In this document: piece by piece, positions 55,431-64,000 of the stretch
Layout: every line of letters starts with the position of its first letter
Position numbering within the stretch: position 1 is the first letter of the stretch
NCBI GenBank assembly: GCA_905478415.1
Contig: CAJQIG010000005.1
Location: forward strand, 1,598 to 65,597
Length of the DNA stretch: 64,000 bases
Origin: an uncultured Patescibacteria group bacterium
GTDB taxonomy: Bacteria; Patescibacteriota; Microgenomatia; UBA1400; PJMF01
Direction: 5' to 3'
The notes under the pieces: model-generated
What the model was told of the DNA's origin: nothing
The model's database searches: none
Seen by the model: only the letters and a program-made list of their open reading frames with translations
Translations under genes and position numbers: made by a program

Positions 55431-57296
55431 ATGTACGCATTTAACCCTCATGACTACTTAGAACAATTAGTTCCCTTGTTGCTCGAGCTAGAAAAAGTTG
55501 AGCAAATTTCTGCCAAAGGTTTAGCTCAGCTAGTAAAGCGACACGCCAAACCGAATGGAAATGTTTTTTCTAAAGATGAAATTGTGCGTGGGTATCGAGA
55601 GTTGGCCGGCACTCATGGAATTGCTCCATTTGTCCAATCCTTTTTAAAAAAAGTAACGATGAAGCCAACGAGAACTCAATCGGGAGTATCTCCGGTTACG
55701 GTTTTGACAAAGCCGTTCCCCTGTCCTGGTCAGTGTATTTTTTGTCCGAATGATGTTCGGATGCCGAAGAGTTACTTGGCGGATGAGCCCGGCGCGCAGC
55801 GTGCCGAGCGTAATTGGTTTGATCCTTACTTGCAAACCTATAACCGTTTGCAGGCGTTACATAATATTGGTCACTTAGTTGATAAAACTGAAGTTATTGT
55901 ATTGGGTGGCACTTGGTCATTTTATCCAGAGAGCTATCAAATTTGGTTTATCAAAGAGTGTTTTAGAGCCTTAAATGATTTTGGGACACATGATGGTCGC
56001 GATAAGATTTTTCAGTGGTATGAAGATATGGCTGAAGAGTTAAAAAAGAAAGATATTCTTCGTACAAATAGCCCAAAGCAGAATCAAAAATCACTGGCCG
56101 AGTTACAGATAGATGGTGAAGCCATTACCAAGACATATAATCGAATCATTTCAGAACAGTACACAGCCCCAGAAAAGCTGGGTGGCTTTGATTCATATCA
56201 AGTTGCATCTTGGGAAGAATTGGAAGCTGAGCAGAAAAAAAATGAAACGGCTGCTGTGAGGTGTGTGGGATTAGTAATTGAAACTCGACCTGACAATATT
56301 TCAGAAGCTGAAGTTGTCAGAGTGCGCCGTCTGGGTTGTACTAAAACTCAAATTGGAGTTCAGTCGTTGCAAGATAGTGTGCTTAACCTAAATAAGCGTG
56401 GTCACGATGTTGCCGCCACTAGGAAAGCGTTTAAGTTACTTAGACAAGCCGGTTTTAAAATTCATGCTCACTGGATGGCAAATTTATATGGTTCATCGGT
56501 CGAGGCAGATAAAATTGATTATGAACAATTATTTTCTGATCCAGATTTTTGTCCTGACGAGCTCAAAATTTATCCGTGTAGCTTAATTGGCAGTGCTGAG
56601 TTAATGCAGGTGTATAAAGCTGGTAAATGGAAGCCATATACACAGACTGAGTTAGCCGAAGTGCTCTCTCACGTATTTAAAGTTACACCTCAGTATGCTC
56701 GTTTAACTCGGGTTATTCGTGACATTCCTTCACAAGATATTGTTGAAGGAAATATGTTAACAAACTTCAGACAAATTGTTGAACAGTCTTTAGAAGAACA
56801 AAAAATTATTCCGCAAGACATTCGCTCCAGAGAAATTAAAGATGGAATCTTTGATCCAAAAGATATTGAGTTTAAAGTTTCAGAGTATCAAACCCAAGTT
56901 AGTACAGAGTATTTTTTGCAGTATCTGGTTCCTGCTGAAAAAGTTGCCTATCCACATCGAACCAGTAAGAAAATTCCTGGTACTGAAAAAATTCTAGGAT
57001 TTTTGCGTCTCTCAATTCCTAAAGAACAGTCATTTATTTCAGAGTTGAAAGAGAGCACGATGATCCGTGAAATTCATGTGTATGGCACCGTAGTGGCGTT
57101 GGGGAAAGATGGAACTTCAAAGGCACAACACTTAGGACTTGGAAAAAAATTAATAGTACGAGCAGAAAAAATATCTCAAGATGCTGGGTATAAAAAAATG
57201 GCTGTCATTTCTGGAATTGGAACAAAGGAATACTATCGTAAACGAGGGTTTACTGATGGTGAGTTGTATCAATTTAAAGCTGTTTCTGCAAAATAA
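55431..57296 (+). CDS. elp3: Elp3-family radical-SAM + GNAT protein (Elongator catalytic subunit homolog; tRNA wobble-uridine carboxymethylation)
   Basis: Radical SAM Cys cluster PFPCPGQCIFCPND. ...GTWSFYPESYQ..., ...VIETRPDNISEAEVVRVRRLGCTKTQIGVQS... and the C-terminal GNAT ...HLGLGKKLIVRAEKISQDAGYKKMAVISGIGTKEYYRKRGF form the Elp3 architecture. Confidence 0.8.
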   Translation: MYAFNPHDYLEQLVPLLLELEKVEQISAKGLAQLVKRHAKPNGNVFSKDEIVRGYRELAGTHGIAPFVQSFLKKVTMKPTRTQSGVSPVTVLTKPFPCPGQCIFCPNDVRMPKSYLADEPGAQRAERNWFDPYLQTYNRLQALHNIGHLVDKTEVIVLGGTWSFYPESYQIWFIKECFRALNDFGTHDGRDKIFQWYEDMAEELKKKDILRTNSPKQNQKSLAELQIDGEAITKTYNRIISEQYTAPEKLGGFDSYQVASWEELEAEQKKNETAAVRCVGLVIETRPDNISEAEVVRVRRLGCTKTQIGVQSLQDSVLNLNKRGHDVAATRKAFKLLRQAGFKIHAHWMANLYGSSVEADKIDYEQLFSDPDFCPDELKIYPCSLIGSAELMQVYKAGKWKPYTQTELAEVLSHVFKVTPQYARLTRVIRDIPSQDIVEGNMLTNFRQIVEQSLEEQKIIPQDIRSREIKDGIFDPKDIEFKVSEYQTQVSTEYFLQYLVPAEKVAYPHRTSKKIPGTEKILGFLRLSIPKEQSFISELKESTMIREIHVYGTVVALGKDGTSKAQHLGLGKKLIVRAEKISQDAGYKKMAVISGIGTKEYYRKRGFTDGELYQFKAVSAK

Positions 57297-57452
57297 TATC
57301 TCATAACATTGTTTTTTATTGATAGTACGGTATAATTTGGGCACTCTAGTTGCTCGATTCGCATTGTTGCAGTAAGTAGCGGCTAGTGTTGTTTAACAAT
57401 CAACACAACTAACAATCCGGTTAGTTGGAACATATCTCAAAGGAGAAAGCTT

Positions 57453-58265
57453 TTGAACTATTTGCCATTAGTGCAGAGGACTTGGAATTTAGCAGATGTG
57501 ATGATGGGTGCAGCTGGTCGACCGTTACATGTAACGGTTTTGGTTGCAGATGAGCAAAAAAATGTTTTAGCCATCAAGTCCGATTGGGCTGGTGGTGAAA
57601 AAGTGACTTCACGGGCTCCATACTTTGGTCCCAAGAAGGCGGCTGAACTGGTTGACACCATTCAGCTAAATAGCAAGATTATTGCTATGACACCAGTTCC
57701 AACCTTTAAGACCTCCACTGGTTTTATGGGTGGGGTGCGCCGTATGTATGATGGAAAATATCTCATCACGGCATGCAGCGCCTGGGACGAAAAGGCCGAC
57801 GCTTTGATGGCACTGGTACTAAACTATGCCATGACCTATGAGTTGCGGTTTCATCACGTTGGGTTTACCCATCTGACTGAAGAAGCTATGTGGACAGCTA
57901 TTAGCAAGGATCAGTCTCGCTTGGGTGTCATGCCACTTCCCATAGATAGTGATGATTCTGGATATATACTGAGAGTCGAAGAACAGCGAGTACCCAATGG
58001 GGTCTATTGGATCGAACACCATTATTCCCCAGTAGTGCTAGAACCGACAATTTTCTGGGGGGTAGTAACTACTCCGGGTTTAGTAGAATATCTTGGATTT
58101 TGGTTGGATTTACAACCAGGATTTAATGTAGAGCTTTCTGATAATGACCGCCTTGCAATGATTCAAGTAACGGATCGTGATGGCACAGAGTTGGCCATTA
58201 TGGAACGATCTAAGTGGTGGGATGTTGATGTTCAAAATGCTAAGCGGGGAAATCCGCGGCATTAG
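57453..58265 (+). CDS. Hypothetical protein, slightly GC-enriched, downstream of elp3 with its own TATAAT-containing promoter region
   Basis: A 270-aa ORF. Candidate -10 at 57333..57338 and RBS AAAGGAGAAAG. No motif recognised. Confidence 0.4.
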   Translation: MNYLPLVQRTWNLADVMMGAAGRPLHVTVLVADEQKNVLAIKSDWAGGEKVTSRAPYFGPKKAAELVDTIQLNSKIIAMTPVPTFKTSTGFMGGVRRMYDGKYLITACSAWDEKADALMALVLNYAMTYELRFHHVGFTHLTEEAMWTAISKDQSRLGVMPLPIDSDDSGYILRVEEQRVPNGVYWIEHHYSPVVLEPTIFWGVVTTPGLVEYLGFWLDLQPGFNVELSDNDRLAMIQVTDRDGTELAIMERSKWWDVDVQNAKRGNPRH

Positions 58266-58332
58266 TTGTTGATTGTAGATGGGCCAGGCTTTCAGCCTGG
58301 CCCATATTTGTAGCTATTGCTAGAGAGTATGG

Positions 58333-58668
58333 TTATTCTTTTAAGTCCATGTCGAATCTTTTTCTGGTAAAGTCAATTTTTTTCTGCATAACTTGTTCGA
58401 CGTCGATGTCGAGTTCAATTCCGAGTAGGATAAGTGAACCGAGCACATCGGCAAATTCGTCTTCGACATTTTCTCGGCTGAATTTTTCAATTTTTGTATT
58501 TCGTTGCAAGTTCATTGAGGTTAAGATTTCGTCAGAAAGTTCACCTAACTCTTCCATGATTTTCATGGTGCGAGCAAATGTGCGTTGTTCATGATTTTTA
58601 AGTGGCCAGCGGTCATTTAAAAATGAACTAATTGATTCATATTGAGTTACTAAATCTTTAATTGTCAT
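58333..58668 (-). CDS. MazG-like nucleotide pyrophosphohydrolase (all-alpha NTP-PPase)
   Basis: ...MKIMEELGELSDEI...EDEFADVLGSLILLGIELDIDVEQVMQKKIDF matches the MazG EE..E/D metal-binding helix pattern (E..EL......EElgDvL..l..la...giDle.a...K). Confidence 0.6.
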   Translation of the reverse strand: MTIKDLVTQYESISSFLNDRWPLKNHEQRTFARTMKIMEELGELSDEILTSMNLQRNTKIEKFSRENVEDEFADVLGSLILLGIELDIDVEQVMQKKIDFTRKRFDMDLKE

Positions 58669-60125
58669 GCCTGTATTTTATCATCTTTGGCCCGAATCAG
58701 GCGAGTAATCTGGTTTGAGTGTCGAAGATACCCAGTTCCAAGTCCAGGAATACCGGAAAATTCTGCTGGCTGCAAGAGTGAGAGAAAGTGAGCAGTGCTT
58801 TTTGGAAGTTTGGCTTTAGAAGATTGGTTCAACTTAAATCTTAGTTTTCTAAGTCCATAAAAAAGAGGCGCTGAAATGTTTCTTCTCATGTGTATGTGTA
58901 ACTTGTGTTTAGAGAGACAGGAACTGCATTTTGTACAACTGGGTGTAGTACTGCCAAAATAGGCTCCCAACTTTTTCATCTTACAGAATTTTGTGAGTAA
59001 AATATGTTCCATTTTCTGTAAATCGTTCGTTATCTTTTTTTGTTGAGAGGTGGATTTATTTTTCTTTTGGAACTTAGAGCGATTTTCCTGATCAATTTTT
59101 GAAAAAAAAGTGTAACAAGCTGTTGGTTGACCATCGCGACCACCTCGACCAATTTCTTGGGCATAATCCTCTACAGAGATAGGAGTATCAAAATGGATAA
59201 CGAATCGGACGTTTGGTTTATCAACTCCCATCCCAAAAGCATTGGTAGCGGCAATGATATTTATTTTCCCAGAGATAAAATCAGTCTGAATTTTTTTTCG
59301 CAGCTGATTTTCTAATACACCATGATAGGCAGCTACTTTGAGTTGTGGCACTAGCTGTGTAAGTATGAGTGCAATGTACTCAGTATTTTTTCGAGTTGAA
59401 GCATAGATAATACCATCTTCTCCAACATGATTGGAAAGAATTTCGAGTAAGTACAATAATTTAGTGACCACAGTTGGCGTATTGAGCACCAAAACTTGTA
59501 AGTTAGAACGATAGACATTCTCTGAAAAAATATTTGGGTGGGTGAGTTCTAGTGAAGAGATAACCTCATTGAGAATATGTTGGGTAGCAGTGGCCGTTAC
59601 GGCTAAAAGTACTGGCATTTGTGTAGTTGCTTTGAGTGAAGATAGTATTTTTTTATAACTTGGCCGAAACTCATTTCCCCATTGGCTAATACAGTGAGCT
59701 TCATCAATAACCACTAAGGAAAGAGTGATCTTTTTTAAAATACTCTGGAACGCTTTTGTTTCTAATTTTTCTGGAGAAATATATACAATTTTGTATTTAT
59801 TTTTAAGAATTTCTTGAGTTCGTATTTTCTTTTCACCATCAGAAAGTGAAGTATTTAAAAAAGTCGCAGCCACTCCCCTTTCTACTAAATTCTTAACTTG
59901 ATCTTGCATCAGCGAGATAAGTGGTGAGATTACCAGAGTGATTCCAGGAAATAAAAGTGCAGGCACTTGAAAACAAATTGATTTCCCACCGCCAGTTGGT
60001 AGGACGGCAATGGTGTTTTTTCCAGACAAGACTGAAGTAATAATTTCCTTTTGGCCTTTTCTAAACGAAGTATATCCCCAATGAGCTTGCAAAATTTTTT
60101 CTGGTGTCATGGTTGCACTATACAA
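58665..60125 (-). CDS. recQ: ATP-dependent DNA helicase RecQ (short form without HRDC)
   Basis: Motif I VLPTGGGKSICFQVPAL. Motif II VVIDEAHCISQWGNEFRPSY (DEAH). The RecQ-specific aromatic loop and the C-terminal zinc-binding Cys (CTKCSSC). Confidence 0.85.
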   Translation of the reverse strand: MYSATMTPEKILQAHWGYTSFRKGQKEIITSVLSGKNTIAVLPTGGGKSICFQVPALLFPGITLVISPLISLMQDQVKNLVERGVAATFLNTSLSDGEKKIRTQEILKNKYKIVYISPEKLETKAFQSILKKITLSLVVIDEAHCISQWGNEFRPSYKKILSSLKATTQMPVLLAVTATATQHILNEVISSLELTHPNIFSENVYRSNLQVLVLNTPTVVTKLLYLLEILSNHVGEDGIIYASTRKNTEYIALILTQLVPQLKVAAYHGVLENQLRKKIQTDFISGKINIIAATNAFGMGVDKPNVRFVIHFDTPISVEDYAQEIGRGGRDGQPTACYTFFSKIDQENRSKFQKKNKSTSQQKKITNDLQKMEHILLTKFCKMKKLGAYFGSTTPSCTKCSSCLSKHKLHIHMRRNISAPLFYGLRKLRFKLNQSSKAKLPKSTAHFLSLLQPAEFSGIPGLGTGYLRHSNQITRLIRAKDDKIQA

Positions 60126-60145
60126 ACCAAAAATGACAAAAAGTG

Positions 60146-60709
60146 TTATGAAAGTTCTGTGTATCTAAAACAGTTGGTGGTATGATCCATTACCATTCCT
60201 GTAGCCTGCATAAAGGCATACATAATGGTTGGTCCCACGAAACTACAGCCACGTTTTTTTAAATCTATACTCAGAGCTACAGACTGAGTAGATTGCACGG
60301 GAACCAGACAGAGTTTTTTATACGAATGAATAATCGGTGATCCACCCACAAAACTCCACAGGTACTTTGAAAAACTGCCAAGCTCTTTTTGTATTGCAAG
60401 CACAGCACGAGCATTTTTTATCGTTGATCTGACTTTTAACTTGTTCCGAATGATTCCAGGATTTTGTAAAATTAGGGCAATTTCTTCCTCGTCAATTTCG
60501 GAAACTTTTTCAACTTCGAAATTGTAAAAAACTTTTTTATATTCACTTCTCTTTTTCAGTACAGTTTCCCAAGAAAGACCAGCTTGTGCTCCTTCTAATA
60601 TTAAAAACTCAAAAAGTAACCGATCATCGTATACGGGCACTCCCCACTCAGTGTCGTGATACTTTTGATAGTTGGGATTGTCTTTTGGAACCCATCCACA
60701 ACGAGTCAT
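60146..60709 (-). CDS. tag: DNA-3-methyladenine glycosylase I (Tag)
   Basis: N-terminus RCGWVPKDNPNYQKYHDTEWGVPVYDDRLLFEFLILEGAQAGLSWETVLKKR is the Tag signature, including zinc-binding Cys/His. Confidence 0.85.
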   Translation of the reverse strand: MTRCGWVPKDNPNYQKYHDTEWGVPVYDDRLLFEFLILEGAQAGLSWETVLKKRSEYKKVFYNFEVEKVSEIDEEEIALILQNPGIIRNKLKVRSTIKNARAVLAIQKELGSFSKYLWSFVGGSPIIHSYKKLCLVPVQSTQSVALSIDLKKRGCSFVGPTIMYAFMQATGMVMDHTTNCFRYTELS

Positions 60710-61914
60710 TATTTAAGATATTTCTTATGTTTTATTTTTTCTGGTAGAAGCGATTTATTTTTATCTGGATACATCTCGTAGCCTTTACCATACCCTTGAT
60801 TTTTCATGAGAGAGGTTGGGGCGTTTCGAAGTTCTAGAGGAATACTCAAGTTCCCAAATGTTTCGACATCTCTGAGCGCTGAAAAGTAGGCGTCATAGGC
60901 TGTTCGATTTTTTTTACATCTTGCTAGGTAAGCAACTCCATGAGCCAAATTAATTTGGGCTTCCGGATAGCCAATGTTGTGGACAGCTTCAAAGACAGCA
61001 TTGGCAACAACTAAGGCCGTGGGTGCGGCCAGACCAATATCTTCACTAGCAAAGACTACCATTCGACGAGCAATAAACTTTGGATCTTCTCCAGCACTAA
61101 CCATTCGAGCTAAGTAGTAGAGAGCAGCATCAGTGTTACTAGCACGCATTGATTTAATAAAGGCGCTGATAGTGTCGTAGTGTTGTTCTCCCTTTTTGTC
61201 ATAACTCAGGTGTGAAGATTGCAGAGTTTCTTTTAATGTCTTGGTGGTAACTTTTTCGTAAATGGTAACTGTTTGGTCTAGTAAATTAAGTAATTTTCTG
61301 GCATCTCCATTGCTGAAGCGAATCAGCCAATCGGTAGCATCTTTACTAATTGTTTTTATTTTAAGATGTTTCTTTGCATTTTTTAGAACCACGGCTAAAT
61401 CTTCATCTGTATGACTGGTGAGTACAAAGACTTTGCATCGTGAGAGTAACGCCGAATTAACTTCGAAGCTAGGGTTTTCGGTGGTGGCCCCAATTAAAAT
61501 GAGAGTGCCATTTTCAACAAAGGGAAGCAAGTAGTCTTGTTGGGCTTTATTAAACCTATGAATTTCGTCAAGAAAAAGAATGGGAGCCTCATAGCTTTCT
61601 GTAAGCTGTTTCTGACTGGCACTTTGGAGCACGATTTTTCGAATGTCATCTTTTTTTGCAGAAACGGCACTCAGTTCATAAATATCACGGTTGTGAGTAT
61701 GGGCAATAATTTTGGCTAACGTGGTTTTACCAACACCTGGTGGTCCCCAAAAAAGCATCGAAAATATATGCCCTTTTTCGATCGCAATTCGCAGTGGTTT
61801 GTCTGGACCCACAAGATGTGACTGCCCAATAAAGGTGTCTAAATTTGTGGGTCGAAGGAGTGTTGCGAGATTGGGCATAACCCTAATGTAACCCAAACAA
61901 AGGGGCGAAATCAA
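60709..61914 (-). CDS. rarA: Replication-associated recombination protein A (RarA/MgsA AAA+ ATPase)
   Basis: Walker A GPPGVGKTTLAKIIA. Walker B ILFLDEIHRFNKAQQD. The C-terminal MgsA helical domain YYLARMVSAGEDPKFIARRMVVFASEDIGLA. Confidence 0.85.
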   Translation of the reverse strand: MISPLCLGYIRVMPNLATLLRPTNLDTFIGQSHLVGPDKPLRIAIEKGHIFSMLFWGPPGVGKTTLAKIIAHTHNRDIYELSAVSAKKDDIRKIVLQSASQKQLTESYEAPILFLDEIHRFNKAQQDYLLPFVENGTLILIGATTENPSFEVNSALLSRCKVFVLTSHTDEDLAVVLKNAKKHLKIKTISKDATDWLIRFSNGDARKLLNLLDQTVTIYEKVTTKTLKETLQSSHLSYDKKGEQHYDTISAFIKSMRASNTDAALYYLARMVSAGEDPKFIARRMVVFASEDIGLAAPTALVVANAVFEAVHNIGYPEAQINLAHGVAYLARCKKNRTAYDAYFSALRDVETFGNLSIPLELRNAPTSLMKNQGYGKGYEMYPDKNKSLLPEKIKHKKYLK

Positions 61915-61932
61915 GCAGGGATTTTCGGGAAT

Positions 61933-62886
61933 TTATTGGTTCAGAATTTTGGCGAAATGATCTTTAATTTTTTCAGTAGCATGCACTTCTACTAGGCCTT
62001 GTTTCGGTTGTCCATAATAGACATAGCTTCCCAAGGGGGCAACTAAAACAGCCGCAACTGCTAAGAGATCTTCTTCCCCATCGACTTTGATGAATGCCTT
62101 TTCTCTTTGATCAGTAGCATTGATAAGTGACTGCACAGCGCCGTGTTCAATAGTTCCGGCGGCATTGGTGACGCTGCTTGTTGGAGTAATAGCATCAATA
62201 GTAGTTGATGGATAGAGCTTTCTTTCGCAGTAGCCATCAAAGATGCCAATATCAAACTTCCAACCAAACGTTATGAATTTTTCGAGTGTTGAATCGCCAA
62301 CGACAATTTTTGGACTTGGGATAGTGCTTGGTTCAACCACTACTTTTCCTTGGATTTTACTAAAATCTTGTCGTTGCTCTTCGGTTAACTGAATGTCTTT
62401 CTCAAAAATATTGGCATAGACTTGGCCAGAACGAGATATCTTTCCAGCTCGAATTCGTGCGGCGTGAATTGGTTGGCCGTCCTCGGCTGGAACCATGTCG
62501 ACGATATAGACTGGGAGTTTTTTTAAACGAAGCTGGTCTCTAATGGCGGTAATTTTGTCAGCTCCGGCTTCGGTCTCTTTTGTTACATAAAGCGCGTCAA
62601 CTTTTTGATTTGGGTCAATCAGAGGACCATAGATATCATTCAACTCGACTAATTCAGCAGTGTAACCTTGTGTTTTACAGTACTGACTCACGTTTCTAAA
62701 TCGAGTTCCCAGCGTTTCCAAATTATGACGAAATGGCTTATTCAGAATAAGTTTCTTGGTTGCGATACCAATCAGCAGCCGCTGTCCCACTTCGGCAGCA
62801 GCATCAATAAAAGCTTTATGACCATCATGAAGATGATCAAAAGTGCCGCCTAGGGCTACAGTTATATATTTTTTTCTTTTTTTCAT
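61933..62886 (-). CDS. Fusion of a cytidylyltransferase-fold phosphopantetheine adenylyltransferase-like domain (HxGH) with a DUF359 domain (archaeal-type GTP-dependent dephospho-CoA kinase family)
   Basis: N-terminus ITVALGGTFDHLHDGHKAFI (T/HxGH nucleotidyltransferase motif). C-terminus ...IVVGDSTLEKFITFGWKFDIGIFDGYCERK...ITPTSSVTNAAGTIEHGA...KVDGEEDLLAVAAVLVAP... matches DUF359/COG1909 hallmarks (the VGD and DGEEDLa motifs). Confidence 0.55.
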   Translation of the reverse strand: MKKRKKYITVALGGTFDHLHDGHKAFIDAAAEVGQRLLIGIATKKLILNKPFRHNLETLGTRFRNVSQYCKTQGYTAELVELNDIYGPLIDPNQKVDALYVTKETEAGADKITAIRDQLRLKKLPVYIVDMVPAEDGQPIHAARIRAGKISRSGQVYANIFEKDIQLTEEQRQDFSKIQGKVVVEPSTIPSPKIVVGDSTLEKFITFGWKFDIGIFDGYCERKLYPSTTIDAITPTSSVTNAAGTIEHGAVQSLINATDQREKAFIKVDGEEDLLAVAAVLVAPLGSYVYYGQPKQGLVEVHATEKIKDHFAKILNQ

Positions 62887-62963
62887 ACCAACGTGTATTG
62901 TACCTTGAGAAAGGCATAAAAAAAACTCCTGGGTGGAGTTTGGGATTTTTGGGCAAAAAGGGG

Positions 62964-62989
62964 GGCCACAACTTTACAGCTGTGGCCCG
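62964..62989 (-). terminator. Rho-independent terminator for the 63005..63337 gene (GGCCACA-loop-TGTGGCC, then a T-run on the minus strand)
   Basis: A 7-bp GC-rich stem. Its reverse complement is followed by CCCCTTTTTGCCC. Confidence 0.55.
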
Positions 62990-63004
62990 CGATTAAAAAT
63001 CGTT

Positions 63005-63337
63005 TTACCCTTCCAGCATGTCGGCCATATCGGCTTCGACATCTAAGGCTTCATCGCGTTCGGCAATGGCTTCATTCAGCTCAGTCTCGGCCGTACGCAG
63101 CGCCATGCGGAGTTCGTTAACAGTAATCTGAGCCTCTTCAACGCGCCCATTGGCTTTTTCGACCAGGGCGGCGATGGCTTCGCGAATTTCTGTAACGGTT
63201 TTGCCGGTTGCGGCTGAAATCAGCTTGAACATGCTGCGGAATTGTTGTGCAAACTCCTTGCGCAGGCTGTTCTCTACTCGTTGCAGGTCGGCTTTACGGG
63301 TTGAAGTTTTTTCTAAACCAAACATAAGATCCTCCAA
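63005..63337 (-). CDS. Hypothetical coiled-coil protein. The gene is markedly GC-rich (~55%) relative to the window.
   Basis: A 110-aa ORF. Heptad-like E/A/R-rich sequence (…EAQITVNELRMALRTAETELNEAIAERDEALDVEADMADM…). A GGAGG RBS at 63341..63348 overlaps a hairpin. Confidence 0.4.
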   Translation of the reverse strand: MEDLMFGLEKTSTRKADLQRVENSLRKEFAQQFRSMFKLISAATGKTVTEIREAIAALVEKANGRVEEAQITVNELRMALRTAETELNEAIAERDEALDVEADMADMLEG

Positions 63338-63597
63338 AGGATGTAGAGCACGAGAGCGTGCTCAATAAGGGAAAAACGATTTATTAAAAAACAGTTGTTG
63401 ATCGCCGCGAAGGGCGGGGGCCAAAATTGGGCCAAAGAGCCAGACGGCGACCAACAACTCAGATAGTATAGCAAAAAAGGCCCATAATGTCAATATGTGT
63501 AAATATAAACAATTATTATGATATACTACTATGTCTTTTAAAAAAATAGTCCACACTTTTCCCACTGTAAATTCGCGTCGCGAAAAGGAGTCGTATC

Positions 63598-63942
63598 ATG
63601 TGTTTTTCGGAAGGGGCTTCTCTGCCCTCTACCCCAGCCCAGATTTGGGGTGCGTTTAGGGATTGGGCTTCATGCCATTTATACAAAAGAGATGGCAAGC
63701 GGCTTATAACCTATACAGATTTGGGTTTTAGATTGTTGCACAAGTCAGACGTTTTTCAGCTCTCTAAGAGAGCGCATAGAGCCCAAGTTGAATATTGGTC
63801 TGTACAGCTGCTATCTCGATTTGTAGCTGACACGGTTGTACTAGAAGTACCTATGTCTCATTTAGGACTAGCTGAGTTTGGATTAGAACAAAAGTTTGAT
63901 CGCCGCCGCCCTGTTATTATGGTATTGCGACGACCAGCTTGA
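63598..63942 (+). CDS. Hypothetical protein
   Basis: A 114-aa ORF followed by a strong terminator. Confidence 0.35.
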   Translation: MCFSEGASLPSTPAQIWGAFRDWASCHLYKRDGKRLITYTDLGFRLLHKSDVFQLSKRAHRAQVEYWSVQLLSRFVADTVVLEVPMSHLGLAEFGLEQKFDRRRPVIMVLRRPA

Positions 63943-63952
63943 AGAGGTTATT

Positions 63953-63982
63953 GCGACCGGTTTGTTCCGGTCGCTTTTTTTT
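63953..63982 (+). terminator. Rho-independent terminator (GCGACCGG-tttgtt-CCGGTCGC + T8)
   Basis: A perfect 8-bp stem and T8 run read from the sequence. Confidence 0.75.
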
Positions 63983-64000
63983 ATTTCATCAGAGAAATGA

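Noticed and set aside
63362-63698. ORFs 63362..63565 and 63516..63698 (minus strand)
   Set aside because: They lie in a structured, GC-rich intergenic region, overlap each other, and have hydrophobic low-complexity translations. They are probably non-coding.
1-63985. CRISPR arrays
   Set aside because: I scanned for regularly spaced 25-40-bp direct repeats. The only tandem repeats seen are the 12-bp in-frame repeat at 37749..37779 and the protein-level PKD repeats. Neither is CRISPR-like, and no cas genes were recognised.

Overview
The window is a low-GC (~35-40%) bacterial chromosome segment with small, densely packed, mostly minus-strand genes. Its gene content has a Candidate-Phyla-Radiation/Patescibacteria-like flavour (inference): archaeal-type bifunctional PGI/PMI, an Elp3 homolog, a DUF359-type dephospho-CoA kinase fusion and a CofE-like ligase. 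The left third is housekeeping. A nucleotide-excision-repair cluster (uvrC partial, uvrA, uvrB with a translationally coupled pentapeptide-repeat protein, lexA) is followed by a glycolysis/sugar-nucleotide cluster (gpmI, eno, a PEP-utilising-enzyme-like protein, PGI/PMI, a sugar-1-P nucleotidyltransferase, phosphomannomutase). The middle holds cell-envelope/secreted proteins and eight tRNA genes, namely Leu-TAG, a Gly-Phe-Val-Leu-Leu cluster, Arg-TCG, Lys-CTT and Gln-TTG. The most striking feature is a ~9.7 kb integrated element (38209..47883) bounded by a 173-bp direct repeat. The repeat contains the 3' part of tRNA-Lys(CTT), and a tyrosine integrase sits next to the intact tRNA. The cargo is AT-rich and encodes defence-associated domains: an AlbA_2/Schlafen-like protein, a Zn-ribbon+DUF4145 protein, a KAP-family P-loop NTPase and a HEPN protein. 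It also carries an ~870-bp ORF-free, GC-elevated stretch and a nested-palindrome leader with a U-tract. This island is the best candidate for an undescribed (defence) system. Other notable items are a VKOR-DHODH fusion, an RHH-DNA-binding domain fused to a degenerate sugar-nucleotidyltransferase, a PPAT-DUF359(DPCK) fusion, an Elp3/Trm9-like pair, a CofE-like/PduO-like pair and a short att-like repeat after tRNA-Arg. All functional calls come from motif recognition by eye, and no database searches were run.
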